Shown: positions 63,620 through 64,000 of the stretch, piece after piece
Numbering within the stretch: position 1 is the stretch's first letter
Layout of the letters: every line of letters begins with the position of its first letter
Program-made: the position numbers and the translations under genes
DNA from: Anthoceros angustus
Lineage: Eukaryota > Plantae > Anthocerotophyta
Assembly: GCA_010909165.1 (NCBI GenBank)
Contig: MU008187.1
Location: forward strand, 686,247 to 750,246
Length of the DNA stretch: 64,000 nt
Reading direction: 5' to 3'
Notes under the pieces: model-generated
What the model was told of the DNA's origin: nothing
The model's input: only the letters and a program-made list of their open reading frames with translations
Databases searched by the model: none

Positions 63620-64000
63620 TGCCAACGCTACAATCTCTGGTGTAGGTCGAGGTGCAGGTGCAGGTGCAAGTGCCCAGCTACTTTCTCCAGGTGCATTCCG
63701 GCCTTGCTCTTCTGCAGGATTTTTCTGAGCACAGCTTAACTGCCCGCTGTTCAGCAGCTTTGTGGGCACTGCCATTCATCGTCCAGATCAGTCCCCCAAC
63801 CCTGGCCTGGCTGCTGTGAAGGCTGTGGGTTTGTCCGCGGAGAAGGGACGGGTTTGTGAGCGGCCTTGTCTTGTCCATGCACCTCTAGACTACCTGTCCG
63901 GCCGTTTGGTGTGGCCATACCCAGTAACTGGGCATTTTGCCACATTCTGTTGGTAGACTCATCATCCGACAGTTGTCCCTGAACGATGGGTACAGTATGG
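63620..64000 (+). other. Upstream region and start codon (ATG at ~63987) of another GRP-PPR family member running off the window; inverted paralog of 60520-60770
   Basis: gtcttgtccatgcacct...ccgacag..gtccctgaacgATGggtacagtatgg (MGTVW versus MATVW); ctgagcacagcttaactgcccg matches the reverse complement of 60600-60623. Confidence 0.75.

Overview
Gene-dense plant nuclear DNA with short GT-AG introns. It is most likely a hornwort such as Anthoceros; this is inferred from DYW:KP-type PPR genes ending in GRP/DRH, a class described from plants with U-to-C organellar editing. Ordinary genes: GPI-anchored GH17+X8 beta-1,3-glucanase, an RWP-RK transcription factor, a ZFWD-like WD40 gene, a germin-like protein, uracil-DNA glycosylase (UNG) and ELP3. 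The dominant feature is a birth-and-death cluster of PLS-PPR/DYW:KP genes: one intact DRH-type, two near-intact GRP-type, one truncated GRL copy, two degenerate fragments and three orphan 5' ends. Main novel signal: the GRP-type proteins carry at their N-terminus a ~50-aa motif matching the ssDNA-binding PDF motif of organellar OSB proteins, and the DRH gene keeps an apparent remnant of it. Also present: a 2.1-kb non-autonomous chromovirus-like LTR element with AGT...ACT termini and a perfect 5-bp TSD, a long-TIR foldback element, a CRE-like RLE LINE relic, an orphan protein with a 36-aa Trp/charged repeat, a 3.4-kb 69-bp array and several minisatellites. Many frameshifts and two ~1.5-1.7 kb tandem duplications may be long-read assembly artefacts, so the pseudogene calls are provisional.
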